NCBI GenBank assembly: GCA_964016885.1
Contig: OZ024748.1
Coordinates: 11,098,001-11,162,000 of the forward strand
DNA from: Eledone cirrhosa
Taxonomy: Eukaryota
Direction of reading: 5' to 3'
DNA length: 64,000 nucleotides
The notes beneath the pieces are model-generated. The model was not told the DNA's origin. It saw only the letters and a program-made list of their open reading frames with translations, and did not search any database. The translations under genes and the position numbers were made by a program. Positions 30,725 through 46,000 of the stretch are shown in pieces. Every line of letters starts with the position of its first letter. Position 1 is the first letter of the stretch.

Positions 30725-30883
30725 ACGTGATTGATTCTTTAGAATCGGCCATTTGACTAGAAGCAGTGAGAATTTCAGTACATGGAATCCAGTCCTCGCC
30801 AGCTGTTCTTTCTACCGAATTATTATTATTTTTATATGAGCCGCCAGTGTCCGCGCATTGCCTGGAGACTCAGCTGAGAATAG

Positions 30884-30965
30884 ACTCCCTGATGACGCAA
30901 TGAATTCTCGACAGTTGGATTACGTAACTGTCTTTATCCCATTGCAGAAACTGATTAGTTGGAGT
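30884..30965 (+). ncRNA. Hammerhead motif with extended stem II
   Basis: ACTCC-CTGATGA-C-GCAATG...CATTGC-A-GAA-ACT gatt AGT-T-GGAGT. Confidence 0.75.
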
Positions 30966-31030
30966 GAAAATTTAAGTAAGTAAGTAAAAAATTTTTAAAA
31001 ATTTAAAAAAAAATATTTTCTTATTTTACG

Positions 31031-31098
<68 letters not shown>

Positions 31099-31286
31099 TA
31101 ATGGACATTACATCTATAATGTAAAGAATTCCCGACAAAAAAAGATAAAGGAATAATTATGGATAGACGAGATAATCTGCATATTGTAAGAAATAAATAC
31201 ATCTTGTGGACACTCTTCATTTACTTTGAATTCTTTTTGAATTGGGGATTCCCAAGTTAAACGATTAGGTTTTATAAGTTATATAC

Positions 31287-31344
<58 letters not shown>

Positions 31345-31351
31345 GTATATA

Positions 31352-31396
<45 letters not shown>

Positions 31397-31435
31397 GTGT
31401 GTATATATATATATACATATATACATATATATATA

Positions 31436-31491
<56 letters not shown>

Positions 31492-31739
31492 AGTGTGTGT
31501 TTGTATTCACATTCTTACATTTGAAGGTGTTTTGGAAGCAAGAGGGGAGAGAGAAGGGGGGGGGGTAAAGAAAGCAAGAAAGAAAGAAAGAAAGAAGGAA
31601 TGTAAAGAATTCCAATGAGATGTTGTGTAAAATGTATCTCTGGCGATATTTCGTCACGTGAGAGGATAATTACTTAATTAAGACAATATAGATAATGAAA
31701 ATGATTTAGATTGGATAATGAACAACAGGGAAATACAAA

Positions 31740-31777
31740 CTCTGCTGCTGCTGCTGCTGCTACTGCTGCTACTGCTG

Positions 31778-31839
<62 letters not shown>

Positions 31840-31895
31840 ACTACTACTACTACTACTACTACTACTGCTACTACTACTACTACTACTACTGCTGC

Positions 31896-31932
<37 letters not shown>

Positions 31933-32005
31933 ATTACTACTACTACTACTACTACTGCTGCGGCTGCTGCTGCTGCTGCTGCTACTACTACTATTACTAC
32001 TACTA

Positions 32006-32052
<47 letters not shown>

Positions 32053-32080
32053 ACTACTGTTGCTGCTGCTGCTGCTACTG

Positions 32081-32157
<77 letters not shown>

Positions 32158-32242
32158 ACTACTACTGCTGCTGCTATTGCTGTTGCTGCTGCTGCTGCTG
32201 CTACTGCTGCTACTGCTGCTACTGCTGCTGCTACTACTACTG

Positions 32243-32316
<74 letters not shown>
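31740..32316. repeat. Compound (CTG)/(CTA) trinucleotide array
   Basis: Read directly. Confidence 0.95.
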
Positions 32317-32317
<1 letters not shown>

Positions 32318-32661
32318 GGGTATAGGGTATAGGTGGGATGAGTTACGAAGGGATATTGGGATCATGATGATGACGATGATGATGGTGGTGATGGTGGTGC
32401 TGGTGGTGGTGGGGTGTTGGAATGGATGGGTGATGGGGTGGGGTGTTTGAATGACAGGAGAGCTGGAGGGCTGGAATGATGGTATGGGTGGGTGGATGGA
32501 GGGTTGGGTGTTGGGAAGAGGGAAGGAAGAGTGAAAGAGGGAGGGAAGGAGCTGTGGTCTCCCTTTCTCTCTTCCACACACACTCACACATCTTCACAAA
32601 GCAACACATACAATCACATATTCATAAATACACCACATACACTCACAAACGCATCACACAC

Positions 32662-32716
<55 letters not shown>

Positions 32717-32838
32717 AACATATATTTACACATACATTTTCACAAACCAACAAACACAATCACACATTCACAAATACACTACATATACTCAAAAACACAC
32801 ACACATTCAGTCACACACATACACATACACAAAAACAT

Positions 32839-32887
<49 letters not shown>

Positions 32888-34506
32888 AACACACACTCGC
32901 ACATTCAGTACACACACATGCACACACACACATTCAGTTACATACATACACACACATTCTGTCACACATACACACACACTGACACAAACACACACTCGCA
33001 CACATGCACTCATTCAGTCACACACACACACTCACACATTCAGTTACCCACACACATACACAAACACACACTCGCACGCGCGCGCACACACACACACACA
33101 CAATCTGACATATACAAATATAACATATTGTTCTCAGCTCTCTAAAGTGTAACTTCTTTCTCTCCTTGTGAATACAACGTTCGTTTTAGAGATTCTTTCA
33201 ACAACTCAATTCTTCAAATCGACCATTCTTCCATTCTCTCATTCTCCCATTCTCCCATTCTTCAAATCTTTAACTGTTGCTTCTTTTCACTTGATTCCTT
33301 TATTTTTTATAAGGGTTGTTTTTTCTTTGTTTAATTCAAACTTTCCAGATTTTAAACCATCTCATCTTCATTCCATTTTATTTTATTATATTTAATTTTA
33401 TTTAATTTTATTTTAATTTATTTTATTTTATCATATTTCGTCATATTTATTTGCGTCAAATGTTACTGATTTAAACTGCTTTTATTTTTGGAAATTGTTC
33501 TAATTTGGGATATTTTCAGAAATGTAAAGAAAACAGAAGAACATAGTTAGCCAATATAAAAGACCTGGGTACATAGTTCTAAAAACAGAAGGTTGCGGGG
33601 GTTTGTTTCTCATTAGTACTAGCTCCAATTGGTATATCTTGTAATATGGATCATTGGTGATATTGTCATTGGTCCCCAACCTTCTGCAGTGAAGGTGGGA
33701 AGAAATCAATCATATATATATATATATAGTTAGGGAAGCAGAAAATTGTTTATTGTGATCCAGTTCGTGGTTAAGAAAGCCAGTTTCATGGACGGTTTCA
33801 ACGTACGGTTAGGGGTAACTCCACAAGTTTGTAAGAATTCCGTTCAATCTTGGAGTATAAAGTATAAAAGAGAAAACACTTCTCCTTCATTCCTTTTCTA
33901 TTTCTTCGTTTTCTTCCTTTCTTCCCTCCCCTTTTTGGCTATCTTTTCTTTTCTTCTTTCTCCCCCCTTCTTTACTTTTATTTTTATCATTATTATTTTT
34001 ATCTTTATTTTTTATATATATATTTATCTCTTTATATCTCCCCTCCTCTCTCTCTCTCTCTCCATCCCTCCCACTATGATCAATTTAATTCTCTTTAACT
34101 CACTACAATCGACGACATGAAGTCTACGTATCAAAACTGATCAAGGAATCCCTCCACCTTTACCCCTCCCTCCATCTCAGTTTGTCACTCTACTTCCTAA
34201 CTCTTCTCCCTCCTTCTCTCTCTCTATACTATTCCGTTTCTCCCCTCACTTTCTAATTCCTCTTCCCCTCTCTCTATACTAGTAAATACAATTAAAAAAA
34301 AAAACCGTTTTTCTCTATATATTAAGAACTATTTCAAGAGTAACTTACTCACTCTTTTGAAAATGTGGACGTGAACAACAATTATAATTGAGTGGCTGCT
34401 ATTTGCAGTATAGCAATATAAGGTTGCACTTACTAATGAAACGGTCGTAAATACGTGGATAAAATCCTTCTCTTAATGCTTACCCGTGTTTTCTCTTTTA
34501 TACTAT

Positions 34507-34537
<31 letters not shown>

Positions 34538-34686
34538 TATGAATATATATATTTGGTTCCTTTACCGGTTTCGCAGTTCTTCTGCTTTTCGAAAACCAGA
34601 AGAACTGCGAAACCGGTAAAGGAACCAAATATATATATATTTTCATAAAAAAAGACTCCAGTTGCATTTTCGATTTCATCTTTTTT

Positions 34687-34752
<66 letters not shown>

Positions 34753-34789
34753 CTGCGTGTGTGCGTGTATATAATTACAAAGTGACATA

Positions 34790-34840
34790 AACAGGTACAC
34801 AAGTTTCGTTGGGTTCTGGACCCCAATCATTCAGCCTGTC
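34790..34840 (-). ncRNA. Hammerhead motif with a 1-nt core insertion
   Basis: GACAGG-CTGAATGA-TTGGG...CCCAA-C-GAAAC ttgt GTA-CCTGTT; mirror arm at 34858-34910. Confidence 0.65.
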
Positions 34841-35322
34841 ATAAGAAAAAGAAAAAAAGCTGAATGAACTGGGGCCCAGAACCCAACGAAACTTGGGTAC
34901 CTGTTTATGTCACTGTTGTAATTATTTATACTAAACTCGTCCTATGGACTGAGTGCTCTTACTCTTGGATATTTCCACTTAACTTTTACTTTAGTATATA
35001 TATATATTATTATTTATATATGTATGTACTTATGTATGTATGTATATATGTATGTATGTATGTATGTGTATGTATGTGTGTGTGTGTCCCCTTATCTATG
35101 TTTCTGTTTATGCCTATGCTTATGTCGTTTAACTTAGCCGTTCCACAATAAACAAAGAAATCGATAAAAAAAGTGCAGAGACTTGAACAAAACAAACAAA
35201 ACAAACGAAACAATATATATATATATACTGATCGACAAAATGAAGTTGGTGCCCCAGAATGGTCGCAGTCAAATGAGTGCAACGGGCAAAAGACTAGGAT
35301 AGTCTAGATGCCTTCTACTTAC

Positions 35323-35413
35323 ATGTTTGTATTAACTGTAGCTGTTAGCCATTCTCCAGCCAGTCCAATGATATCAAGTCCTGACGATAGTTGGTTGAGG
35401 AAGCGTGGGTGTC
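35323..35413 (-). CDS. GAD: GAD coding exon 3 ([31 protein letters not shown])
   Basis: 91 nt; AG acceptor and GTAAGT donor; near-identical to GAD motif [26 protein letters not shown]. Not in the ORF track; translated by hand. Confidence 0.96.
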
Positions 35414-35499
35414 CTGTTTAAGAAGAGAGAAAAAGCCAAAAGACAAATATAAGAACATTTATGTAATTGACCCTTTGAAACGAAACTGTCTGAAACTGT

Positions 35500-35693
35500 A
35501 CCCTGATCCTACGATACCAGGGTGTTCACTTTAAAATAAATTTGTTAGAAAAAGAATCCATAAGAAAACACCACCATTGTATTATCGTACTTTTGTCCCC
35601 TGATTCTACGAGACGAGGGTGTTCATTTTAAAATAAATTTGTTAGAAAAAGAAGCCAAAAGAAAACACCGCCATTGGATTATCGTACTGTTGT
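35500..35693. repeat. ~97-bp tandem duplication
   Basis: CCCTGAT.CTACGA.AC.AGGGTGTTCA.TTTAAAATAAATTTGTTAGAAAAAG occurs twice. Confidence 0.85.
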
Positions 35694-35810
35694 AAAAATG
35701 ACACATTGGTTTTTGTGTAAGTTTTTTGTGTAAGCTTTTATTGAATGGTGCCAGCAAATTTATTGTATATTTATCTAAAAACTTTCCATGATAATTTTAT
35801 GTAAGAACCT

Positions 35811-35995
35811 TGGCGCGTAGCCTAGTGGTCAATGGTGTTGAACTTACGATTATAATGTAATGGGTTCGATTCCTAGATCAGGTTGTGCAAAACACTTTAT
35901 TTCACATTGCTCAAGTATACTCAGCTGAAAATGAGTACCAGCAATAGCTGGAGGTTTAACCCTGCAGTAGATAGGTGTGCTGTTCAGGGAAGAAT
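35811..35995 (+). mobile_element. tRNA-derived SINE family 2 (another head at 43258-43365, minus)
   Basis: A box TAGCCTAGTGG, B box GGTTCGATTCC, shared core. Confidence 0.75.
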
Positions 35996-35999
35996 CTTG

Positions 36000-36290
36000 C
36001 AGTGTGGACTGGGTACGTTTTGTCACGGCCCTAACGGGATCACCTTACATGGTTGACTTGGTGCTTTTTGTCATGGCACCAGCATGAACACCTTATAGGG
36101 TGGACTGGGTACTATTTGTCATGGCACCAACACGAACATCTTACAGGGTGGACAGGGTACATTTTGTCAAGGCACCAATACGACCACCTTACTGGGTGGA
36201 CTGGGTGTTTTCAGTAATGGCACCTGTATGATCACCTTACAGGGAGGGACTGGGCGTTTTTTGTCGTGGAACCAGCACTACCACCTTCCA
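36000..36290. repeat. Degenerate ~49-bp tandem repeat
   Basis: Recurrent CACCTTACAGGGTGGACTGGGT...TGTCATGGCACC. Confidence 0.8.
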
Positions 36291-36799
36291 ACACTACCCC
36301 ATCAACCACGATAATAGAATTATTGAACACCAATAAATCTCAGAGGCTGGAATACAATTGAAGACGTGTGATTTTCTGTAAAGTCATTAAGGATTAATAT
36401 AAAATAATTAATCATGGTCTAATAATTAAACGGTGAGACAGATTTAATGAGTTTGTGGTTAGAAATGTTCCCCGACGCCACACTCTTCTTTACTCCTTCC
36501 CCCTCTTCCTCTCTTTCTCACATACACGCATACAAACATACATATACAGACATACATACACACACAGACACACATGCACACGTAGATAAAGACACGCATA
36601 CACATACACACACGCATGCACACATAGATTAAGGCACGTATACACATATATATACATGCATAAAACACCTAGAGTTAACTGATTTACATCACTGGATGCA
36701 AACGAAGTCGCAGGTTTTATATCAGAGTTACCTTCTCCTAGAAAGATGTCTTAATGAAGACTAGGAGTCTCTCACTGAATCCCCCCCCCCCCCCGCCCA

Positions 36800-37225
36800 A
36801 AAAAAAAACTATATTGGATGGCTGTTGACTCTCCTGAGTTCCTCCATTCTTTGATGGGTTTTGTTTTTCATCCCGCAGGTGTCCAAAATCCCCCTCCTCA
36901 CCAAGCAAGCTTGGTTGGGTTGCCGGTTTAGTCACCGACGACCCGACCATGCGACAGGTCGTACTGGGTTACATGTTACCAGTAACATTGAAGAGTGACC
37001 TAACATACATACAAACATACATGATGGCTGCAAACTCGTGTTTGAGTATTGCCATCGCCCGATAAAATGCTAAAAAATATGAGGCACGAATGGGACTCTT
37101 TAAACCAGCCAAAGACTTGCACCTTCTGGCACATACATGACAACTGTAGGCTCCTCCGGGACTTTCCATTGCTTTGTTCTGGCTGTGTGTTCTCATGTGT
37201 CTTTTAAGCCCTCCCATGCTAGCAC
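36800..37225 (-). mobile_element. Diverged relatives of the (TATG)n element: 3' end of one copy followed by 5' end of another
   Basis: [18 protein letters not shown], a TATG linker, then GGTCAC...CCCAGTACGACC...GGTGAGGAGGG homologous to 46608-46718. Confidence 0.6.
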
Positions 37226-37833
37226 ATTCCTTACACCTTTACATACATACGTACATACATGCATAAATACATAAATACATACATACATACATACATACAT
37301 ACATACATACATACATACATACATACATACATACATACATACATACATAAATACATACATACATACATACATACATACATACATACATACATACATACAT
37401 ACATACATACATACATACATAAATACATACATACATACATACATACATACATAAATACATACATACATACATACATACATACATACATACATACATACAT
37501 AAATACATACATACATACATACATACATACATAAATACATAAATACATACATACATACATAAATACATAAATACATACATACATACATACATTCATAAAT
37601 ACATACATACATACATACATACATGCATACATACATACATACATTCATAAATACATACATACATACATACATACATACATACATACATACATACATACAT
37701 AAATACATAAATACATACATATACACATATATTCATACATATACACATATATTCATACGTACATATTAACCAACAAAAATATGTCCTCAAAGAGATTAGA
37801 CAGGTGTGAGTGTTTAATGGTGGATAAGTTTAC

Positions 37834-38073
37834 CTGTTTTAACACAGTAGGCAAGTGTTTCATCGCAGTCTTTGAGGATCTGATCCAAGGTGTGAGGTTC
37901 GTCATTAACGTAGAGCCTCGAACTGAAGATCTCCCGAAGCTCGTGCGGCAAATGGAAGTCAAATATTTTATTGTCCCGGAATTGCTCCTTTGAAATATAC
38001 TCAAACAACAAGTGGAATAGCTGCAGAAGGAATTTGTACGATTTTTCGGTTCCTCTTTCATTTGGAAATAAAT
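37834..38073 (-). CDS. GAD: GAD coding exon 2 (DLFPNERG...IFDFHLPHEL...TLDQILKDCDETLAYCVKT)
   Basis: 240 nt; TTTTTTTTACAG acceptor and GTAAA donor; phase 1-1; group II PLP-decarboxylase N-terminal motifs DFH.P and L..IL.DC..TL.Y.VKTG. Confidence 0.93.
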
Positions 38074-38272
38074 CTGTAAAAAAAAGAAATATAGAATCGT
38101 AAAAACAAAACAAAAAAACCCAATAATCCCCCCCCCCCCCCAACAACAAACGTTTTAAGGCAATCTACCACCCAAGTTAAAGAAGGGGGTAAACTATGAC
38201 ATACTTCATTCTCATCAAGAGATCTTTTTTCAAGCAATGTTTTACGGCTGGATACTTTTACTAGCGATGCGG

Positions 38273-38715
38273 GGGTACCAATTCTAAGCTAGATAAGGGT
38301 ACAAAGTCTTTTAGCCACCCCTTACGACACTCGGAGATATGGGGTACCAATTCTAAACCAGATAGTAGTACAACGTATCGGGGAAACAAGGTACCAATTC
38401 TAAACCAGGTAGGGGTACAAAGCCTCAGAGATACGAGGTACCAATTCTAAACCAGATAGGGGTACAAAGCCTCGGGGATACGAGGTAGCAATTCTAAACC
38501 AGATAGGGGTACAAAGCCTCGGGGATACGAGGTGCCAATTCTAAACCAGATAGGGGTACAAAGCCTCGGGGATACGAGGTACCAATTCTAAACCAGATAG
38601 GGGTACAAAGCCTCGGGGATACGAGGTGCCAATTCTAAACCAGATAGTCTTTTAGCCATCCCTTACGACACTCAGGTACACGGGGTACCAATTCTAAACC
38701 AGATAACGGTACAAA
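38273..38715. repeat. 47-bp tandem repeat with degenerate edges
   Basis: GGTACCAATTCTAAACCAGATAGGGGTACAAAGCCTCGGGGATACGA units. Confidence 0.92.
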
Positions 38716-38997
38716 CCCATTTAGAAAGAGGCTAGACAATTCTATTAAGGTTTTGGTTATGAACACTTTTTCTCCTAATCGATATTAAAAGGTGGGGGTG
38801 GGTGGGTAGGAAAGATAGAGATAAAGAGGAAGAATATAACTGAAGCAACAAAAGCAGCAGCAGAAGCAACAACAACAACAACAACATCAGCAACAAGAAC
38901 AAGAACAACAACAACAAAAGCAGCAGCAGAAGCAGCAACAACAACAACAACAACAACAACAACAACGACAACGACAACGACGACGACGACGACGACG

Positions 38998-39028
<31 letters not shown>

Positions 39029-39051
39029 CGACAACGACAACGACAACAACA

Positions 39052-39086
<35 letters not shown>

Positions 39087-39821
39087 AACAACAACAACAA
39101 CAAACAACTTGAAGAAGACTTATTTACAACAAGAGAAATTTTGTAAACATTTTTTTTGACGTTATATTTTTTCTGCCTTGAATTTCTTCTTTCTTCTCTC
39201 CTTCCGTGCTCGTATTAAACCTATTATTCACTTTTTCCTATTACAATATATAGAAACAAACTTGGATCCTAATTAATTCCTCTAAGTTCATAATTCATTT
39301 AACCTTATCTTCATTCACCTTATCTTCTTAATATATTTTATTTTAATAATAGATTTTAATAAATTCCTTTTCGCACATCTTATTAAACCCTTCAATATAT
39401 AAACCTTAAATAAATAGTATTCTTAATTCCTTTTTCTTTAATCATAAGCATCACCATTCATAAACCTCATTAACTTTTAATTTCTTAATTTTTTTAAATT
39501 ATGTATTATCTTACAACGTTTTTTTAAAATTTCTCTCTATGAGACAGTGTTTCTCAGTATTAAAGATTATCTCTCTCTCTCTCTCACTCATTTTCTCCTC
39601 CTCTCTCATCCTTCCTTCTTATACTCCTCCTCCGTCACCATTTCCCTATTATTATATTTTTTTTTTCTATCTATATTCTTTCTTCCTCTTCCTTACCTTT
39701 TCCTTCCGCTCTTCCTTTCCTTTTTCCCCAATCTCATATTTCCATCTTATTTTATTTTTCATATGTTGATTTAACACTTCACTGCTCGCAAGTGTTTTTT
39801 AAGCTTCATATCATGTCTCCC

Positions 39822-39892
39822 TATTTTATCTGATGAGAACGCAAATATCATCCCATGATGATATTTATTTTTGAAATGCGCATAATAAAATA
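39822..39892 (+). ncRNA. Hammerhead motif family D (also 24540-24610 and 27741-27806, minus)
   Basis: TATTTTAT-CTGATGA-GAA..AAATATCATC/GATGATATTT..-GAAA-TGCGCATA-ATAAAATA. Confidence 0.75.
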
Positions 39893-39922
39893 CATGGAAC
39901 TCTTTTAACCATCTTTTGATTT

Positions 39923-39981
<59 letters not shown>

Positions 39982-40003
39982 TACATGTGTATATATACAT
40001 GTG

Positions 40004-40045
<42 letters not shown>

Positions 40046-40132
40046 TGTATATATATATATATACATGTGTATATACATATATACATGTGTGTGTATATAT
40101 ATATACATGTGTATATATATATATATATATAT

Positions 40133-40164
<32 letters not shown>

Positions 40165-40198
40165 GTGTATATATATATATATATATATACATGTGTAT

Positions 40199-40231
<33 letters not shown>

Positions 40232-40422
40232 CAATATATTAACAAATGGAAACTATATTTATAAAACCATATTTATTTCATTATACATATTTCAAGGACA
40301 CCAAACCAAATATTGACATACTCTTAAAGAATGCGACCATGTCGGTTAGAAGCTCCCGGATAGTGCTTTATATCAGTTATAAAAATATTTGCTTGTTGTA
40401 TCCCAACAAATTAAATATAACT

Positions 40423-40545
<123 letters not shown>

Positions 40546-40860
40546 CAGACCTAGCAAGGACTCTATATCTTTATGATGTATTGTTTTTGTTTATGCCACG
40601 AAACTACGTAGTTGAGGAATCTAGGAGCAGAGTTTAGGTATGATACATTTTATTACTAATTATATCTAAATGTTTCTTCTCTCTTCATAATGTATTTTTA
40701 ACTCTGATACTGGTTCAGTCTGGTTCAACCGGATTGGTCTGTCCCAGTCATTCATTGAGCAACATCGGTGAGGCTGGCACCCTTAACTCACGGTTGGGTG
40801 TGGATGCATTCATGTATATGTGTGTGTCCGCATGTATCTGTGTGTTTCTAAATATATTGT

Positions 40861-40895
<35 letters not shown>

Positions 40896-41059
40896 ATGTT
40901 GAAAAGGTAACACACTAGAGAGAGATATAAAGTGCGCTATCAATAAAACAGGGAAAAAACCATCAGTGTATGGAATCTATAACCTATGAAAGGCAGACTA
41001 TAGAAACGATAATTAAAAATATAAATTAAAGCGTAAATAAACACCTCTATAACTATATA

Positions 41060-41141
41060 ACACACGTACAAATCCAAAGAGATCTGTTTCGCCAGTAAGT
41101 TGTTGACAGAAATGGAAAAACCTCGGTTCCTCAGCGCGTGT
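41060..41141 (-). ncRNA. Type I hammerhead ribozyme motif
   Basis: ACACGCG-CTGAGGA-...-GAA-ACAGATC tctttg GATTTGT-A-CGTGTGT; 7-bp stems I and III, GUA site. Confidence 0.8.
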
Positions 41142-41509
41142 AAGGCTATACATTTCAGACAATACTAACAGAATTTTAAAAGTGACTGTCCAGCTACACG
41201 TGGGAGAGAGAAGTCACAGCGTGTTTAAGGGCAGTGAACCTCTGAGGGACGAGCTGCTAGAAAGGGCAGCCCAAAACCACTCAGAGAAGTCTGATCAACC
41301 AAACAGAGAGATAGGAAAGACTGTTATAAGGAGCGAAATATCACGATAAATTAACGGAGCCATAGGCCCTCGCCATTCCCTGTAAATAATGTGCTCAAAG
41401 GAGAAGAAAGGGTGAGCTCTTTAAAATACAATATGTTGAAAAGGTAACACAATAGAGAGAGATATACAGTGCGCTATCAATAAAACAGGGAAAAAACCAC
41501 CAGTGTATG

Positions 41510-41565
<56 letters not shown>

Positions 41566-41653
41566 GTGTATATATATATATAAATATAAATATAAATAAA
41601 TATAAATAAATATAAATAAATATAAATATAGATATAAATATAAATAAATATAA

Positions 41654-41730
<77 letters not shown>

Positions 41731-42370
41731 ATATGAGGAATATATTTTTGTATCGATCTTTCTGCAGAGCGGCGAACATTTTGCAATGTGTAAGAATCGA
41801 ATGGGAAAGTGGTGATGGTGGTGGCAGTGTTGATGGTGGTGTTTATAATATTATTGGTGATGATGATGGGGTAGTGTTGATGGTGACGGTAATGATAATG
41901 ATGATAATGGTAGTGTTGATGGTGGTGGTAATGATGGTAGTGTTGATGGTGGTGTTTATAATATTATTGGTGATGATGATGGGGTAGTGTTGATGGTGGT
42001 GGTAATGGTGGTAGTGTTGATGGTGGTGATGGTGGCAGTGTTGATGATGATGGTAATGGTGGCAGTGTTGATGATGGTGATGGTGGTAGTGTTGATGGTG
42101 GTGATGGTGGTAGTGTTGATGGTGGTGATGGTGGTAGTGTTGATGGTGGTGATGGTGGTAGTGTTGATGGTGGTGATGGTGGTGACGGCAGCGGTATATT
42201 TTGGTAGAATTGTCAAAGACAGAAAGATCGACAAAGAAACAGCTGTGTTTCAGACAAACGATTGGTCAATAGTTCTTTTGAATGGAATAAAAATAAACCA
42301 AAATTTATGCCAGACGAATATTTCAGATAAAGAAACAAATATATATGTATATACACACACACATGTATGT

Positions 42371-42440
<70 letters not shown>

Positions 42441-42571
42441 CGAAGGAAATGTGGTAAGGAACCAGATGGACCATAACGCACCTAAGTACTCAATACTTAG
42501 GGTAGTTGAGTGGGTAATAGGAACGAGTAGGACCCCGACGGCTGAGCTCAGCCGTCGGGGTCTTACTCGTT

Positions 42572-42617
<46 letters not shown>

Positions 42618-42955
42618 TATGTGTGTATGTATATATATGTGTGCATGTGTGTATGTATATATATATGTATATAAATGTGTGTGTATGTATGTATGTATAT
42701 GTATATATATATGTATATATATATATATATAAATATATATACATATATATACACATATACATACATATATATATATGTGTGTATGTATATATATATGTGT
42801 GTGTATGTATATATATATATATATTTATATATATACATCCACACATCCACACATATATATGTATATACTATATATATATCCCTAGGAAAAGATGTTTGTG
42901 AAGTGTTTTTTTAGAGTACTTTACTGGGATCTACCCTTTAGTGGTTTTGTATAAG

Positions 42956-43005
<50 letters not shown>

Positions 43006-46000
43006 CATAAAGTAAGTCCCCAACTTACGAACGAGTTTGTTAGTTGATTTGTTCGTAAGTTGATGGTCTAACACAGTACGTACCAGTAAGCCCATATATG
43101 TTACATTGATACTGCAGGTTTCCATATGATATATATATATATATATATCGACAGTCGATCGACTTTCGTCAAATCGGACCGAGGAAACAATGTTTCCGTT
43201 GGTCTTTCCAATTGCTAGTACTCTCTATCGGTCGCAACTCCAGGTAGAAGGAGCATCATGAAATAAAGTGTCTTGTTCAAGGACATAACGCATCGCACGG
43301 TCCGGGAATCGAACTTACAACCTCACGATTAGGAATCCAATTCTCTAACCACTCGGCCACACGCATTCACACACATATATATGCAAAAGTAGGAATCCAG
43401 GGCCCCAGAAAGAGCTCACAAAAACGAACTAAAAAATATTTCCATTGGTCTTTCTATTGGTCTTTCCATTGCTAATATTATCTGCTGGTCGATATTCCTT
43501 AAAACTTTCCATTGCTGATACTATCTGTCTGTTGGTCGCAAATCCTTAAGATTTTCCATTGCTGATACTATCTGACAGTAGGGGCAGAACAAGATTGCAC
43601 GGGGCCTCTGGCTGAAACTCTCACCTGGGCCCCTGTGTATTATTTATGGTAGTAAAAAACACTTAATTGGGGAGCGGGGGATCTTTTAAATATTGGATCG
43701 TCAAGTATGAAATTTGTAGAATTTTTTTTTCTACACATTTCTACAAATTTCATACTTGACACTCCAATATATAAATTTAAGAGTGAGTCACTGAGCAATA
43801 TGTATTTTTTGTGGGGTGGCCCGAAGCATCAAACTGAAGAGCTACTCTTGGCGGCACACACTCTAGCTACCTCATTCGAGCCCAATTTCACAGCTTGTCA
43901 TAGGTGCTATTTTCTCTAGTTCTTAGTTACGTCGTTGTGCTGGTCGCATCTTGCCTTAAAATCTCTAAATGTTCTGGAAGTAATATGACTAAAGACGGAA
44001 AATCATAAATTTAAGTAAGATATATTTATTCCGTGGTATTGTTATTAAGAATATAATCTCATACAACAGCAGCTTAGACTATTTATTTCAAAGGAAACTA
44101 TTGTAAGAGTCTTTTTTTGTTTTTTCAAAGAAAATTATTACTTATCGAAGAACACTTGGAAAGCAGACGACTGTTTAGGGGGGAAAAATCATTACACACA
44201 CACACACACATATATATATACACACATATACACACACATACATACACATATACACACATATACATACGTACACACAGACACTTACAGACACATACATACA
44301 CACACACACGCACACACACACACACAGAGACACTTACAGACACATACATACACACATACACACACGCACACACACACACACACACATACACTTACAGACA
44401 CGTACATACACATACACACATACACACACACATACATACACACACACACACATACATACATACACACATACAGACACATACAGACACAGACAGATATACA
44501 CACAGACACACACATACACACACATAGACACAGACAGGCACACAAATACGCACACACGCACAGACACAAGCACATATGCACTCATACAAATTCATACAGA
44601 CACAGACACGTATAGGTACACACAATCATATACAGACAATAGACACACAGATACACACACGCACAATAGACACACACTCACATGTAAACATACAAATACA
44701 CACAGACACACACATACATACACTTACATATACACAAGAACACAATAAAACAAAAACAATTTCATAAATACAAAATGTAAAATTTGGAGAGAAAATAAAT
44801 ATCATAAATAAAATAAAATAAATAAAATATATAAAATAAATAAATAAAATAAATAAAATAAATACAATAAATAAAATAAAATAAATATATAAAATAAATA
44901 AATGAATAAAATAAAATAAATAAAATAGAATAAATGAATAAAATAGATAAATAAAATAAAATAAAATAAAATAAATAAAATAAATAAAATAAATAAAATA
45001 AATAAAATAAATAAAATAAATAAAATAAATAAAATAAATAAATAAAATAAATAAAAATAAATAAATAATTAAATGAAAATAAATGAATCAAATAAATAAA
45101 TAAAATAAAATAAATAAATAAAATAAATAAAATAAATAAAATAAATAAAATAAATAAAATAAATAAATAAATAAAATAAAATGAATAAATATAAAACTAA
45201 AACTAAAATGGCAATGAGTGTCTCGGAGTATGTAGTTATTTTTTCTTTGTAGTATTGCCCCCCACCCGCGCTCTGTATTTCTTAACTAAACCGATTCCTG
45301 GAATAACTTAATAGCAGGGATAACTTCCTTTAACATTTTAACATTTTACTTCATTTTGTCCTTCCAGTCATTTGGTCAATGGCGGACAACCTTTAGAAGG
45401 AAATGGTGATGGCGTTGGTGGTGTTGGTGGTGTTGATAGTGTTGGTGGTGTTGGTGTTGGTGGTGTTCGTGTTGGGGTTGGTGATGACGATGATAGTTGT
45501 GATGATGGTGGTGGTGGTGGTGGTGGTGGTGGTGGTGGTGGTGGTGTTGGTGTTGGTGGTGGTGTAGGTGTTGGTATTGGCGGTGGTGTTGGTGGTGGTG
45601 ATGACGATGATAGTTGTGGTGATGATGGTGGTGGTGGTGGTGGAGGTGGTGGTGGTGGTGGTGGGGTAGCCGTGGTGGAGATGAAAGAGAAGATGTTAGC
45701 GGTGGGGGGGTGGGTGGGGGTGAAAGAGAAGAAGATAGTGGTGGTAGTCGTTGTTGTTGTTGTTGTTGTGGTGGTGGTGGTGGGGATAACAGCATCATAT
45801 AATTCACATAATACGCCAATAAGTACTTCAATTCATCAATAAACACTTGATAAAGCGCCCGTTAATCCTCTCCCCCGCTTGTCAAATGTGTAGTTCTAGC
45901 TTTAGGTAAAAAGTCGTCTGCATTTCAATGGAAAAATTTTCGATTTTCTTTCAATGGTTCACAACCAACAATGACCCGGGCTATTAAAGATTACTGAGTA

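Noticed and set aside
33480-33870. Possible PLE endonuclease C-terminal remnant next to TA repeats
   Set aside because: No diagnostic motif recognisable.
35811-35885. tRNA gene
   Set aside because: A/B boxes present but no cloverleaf; continues into a SINE core.
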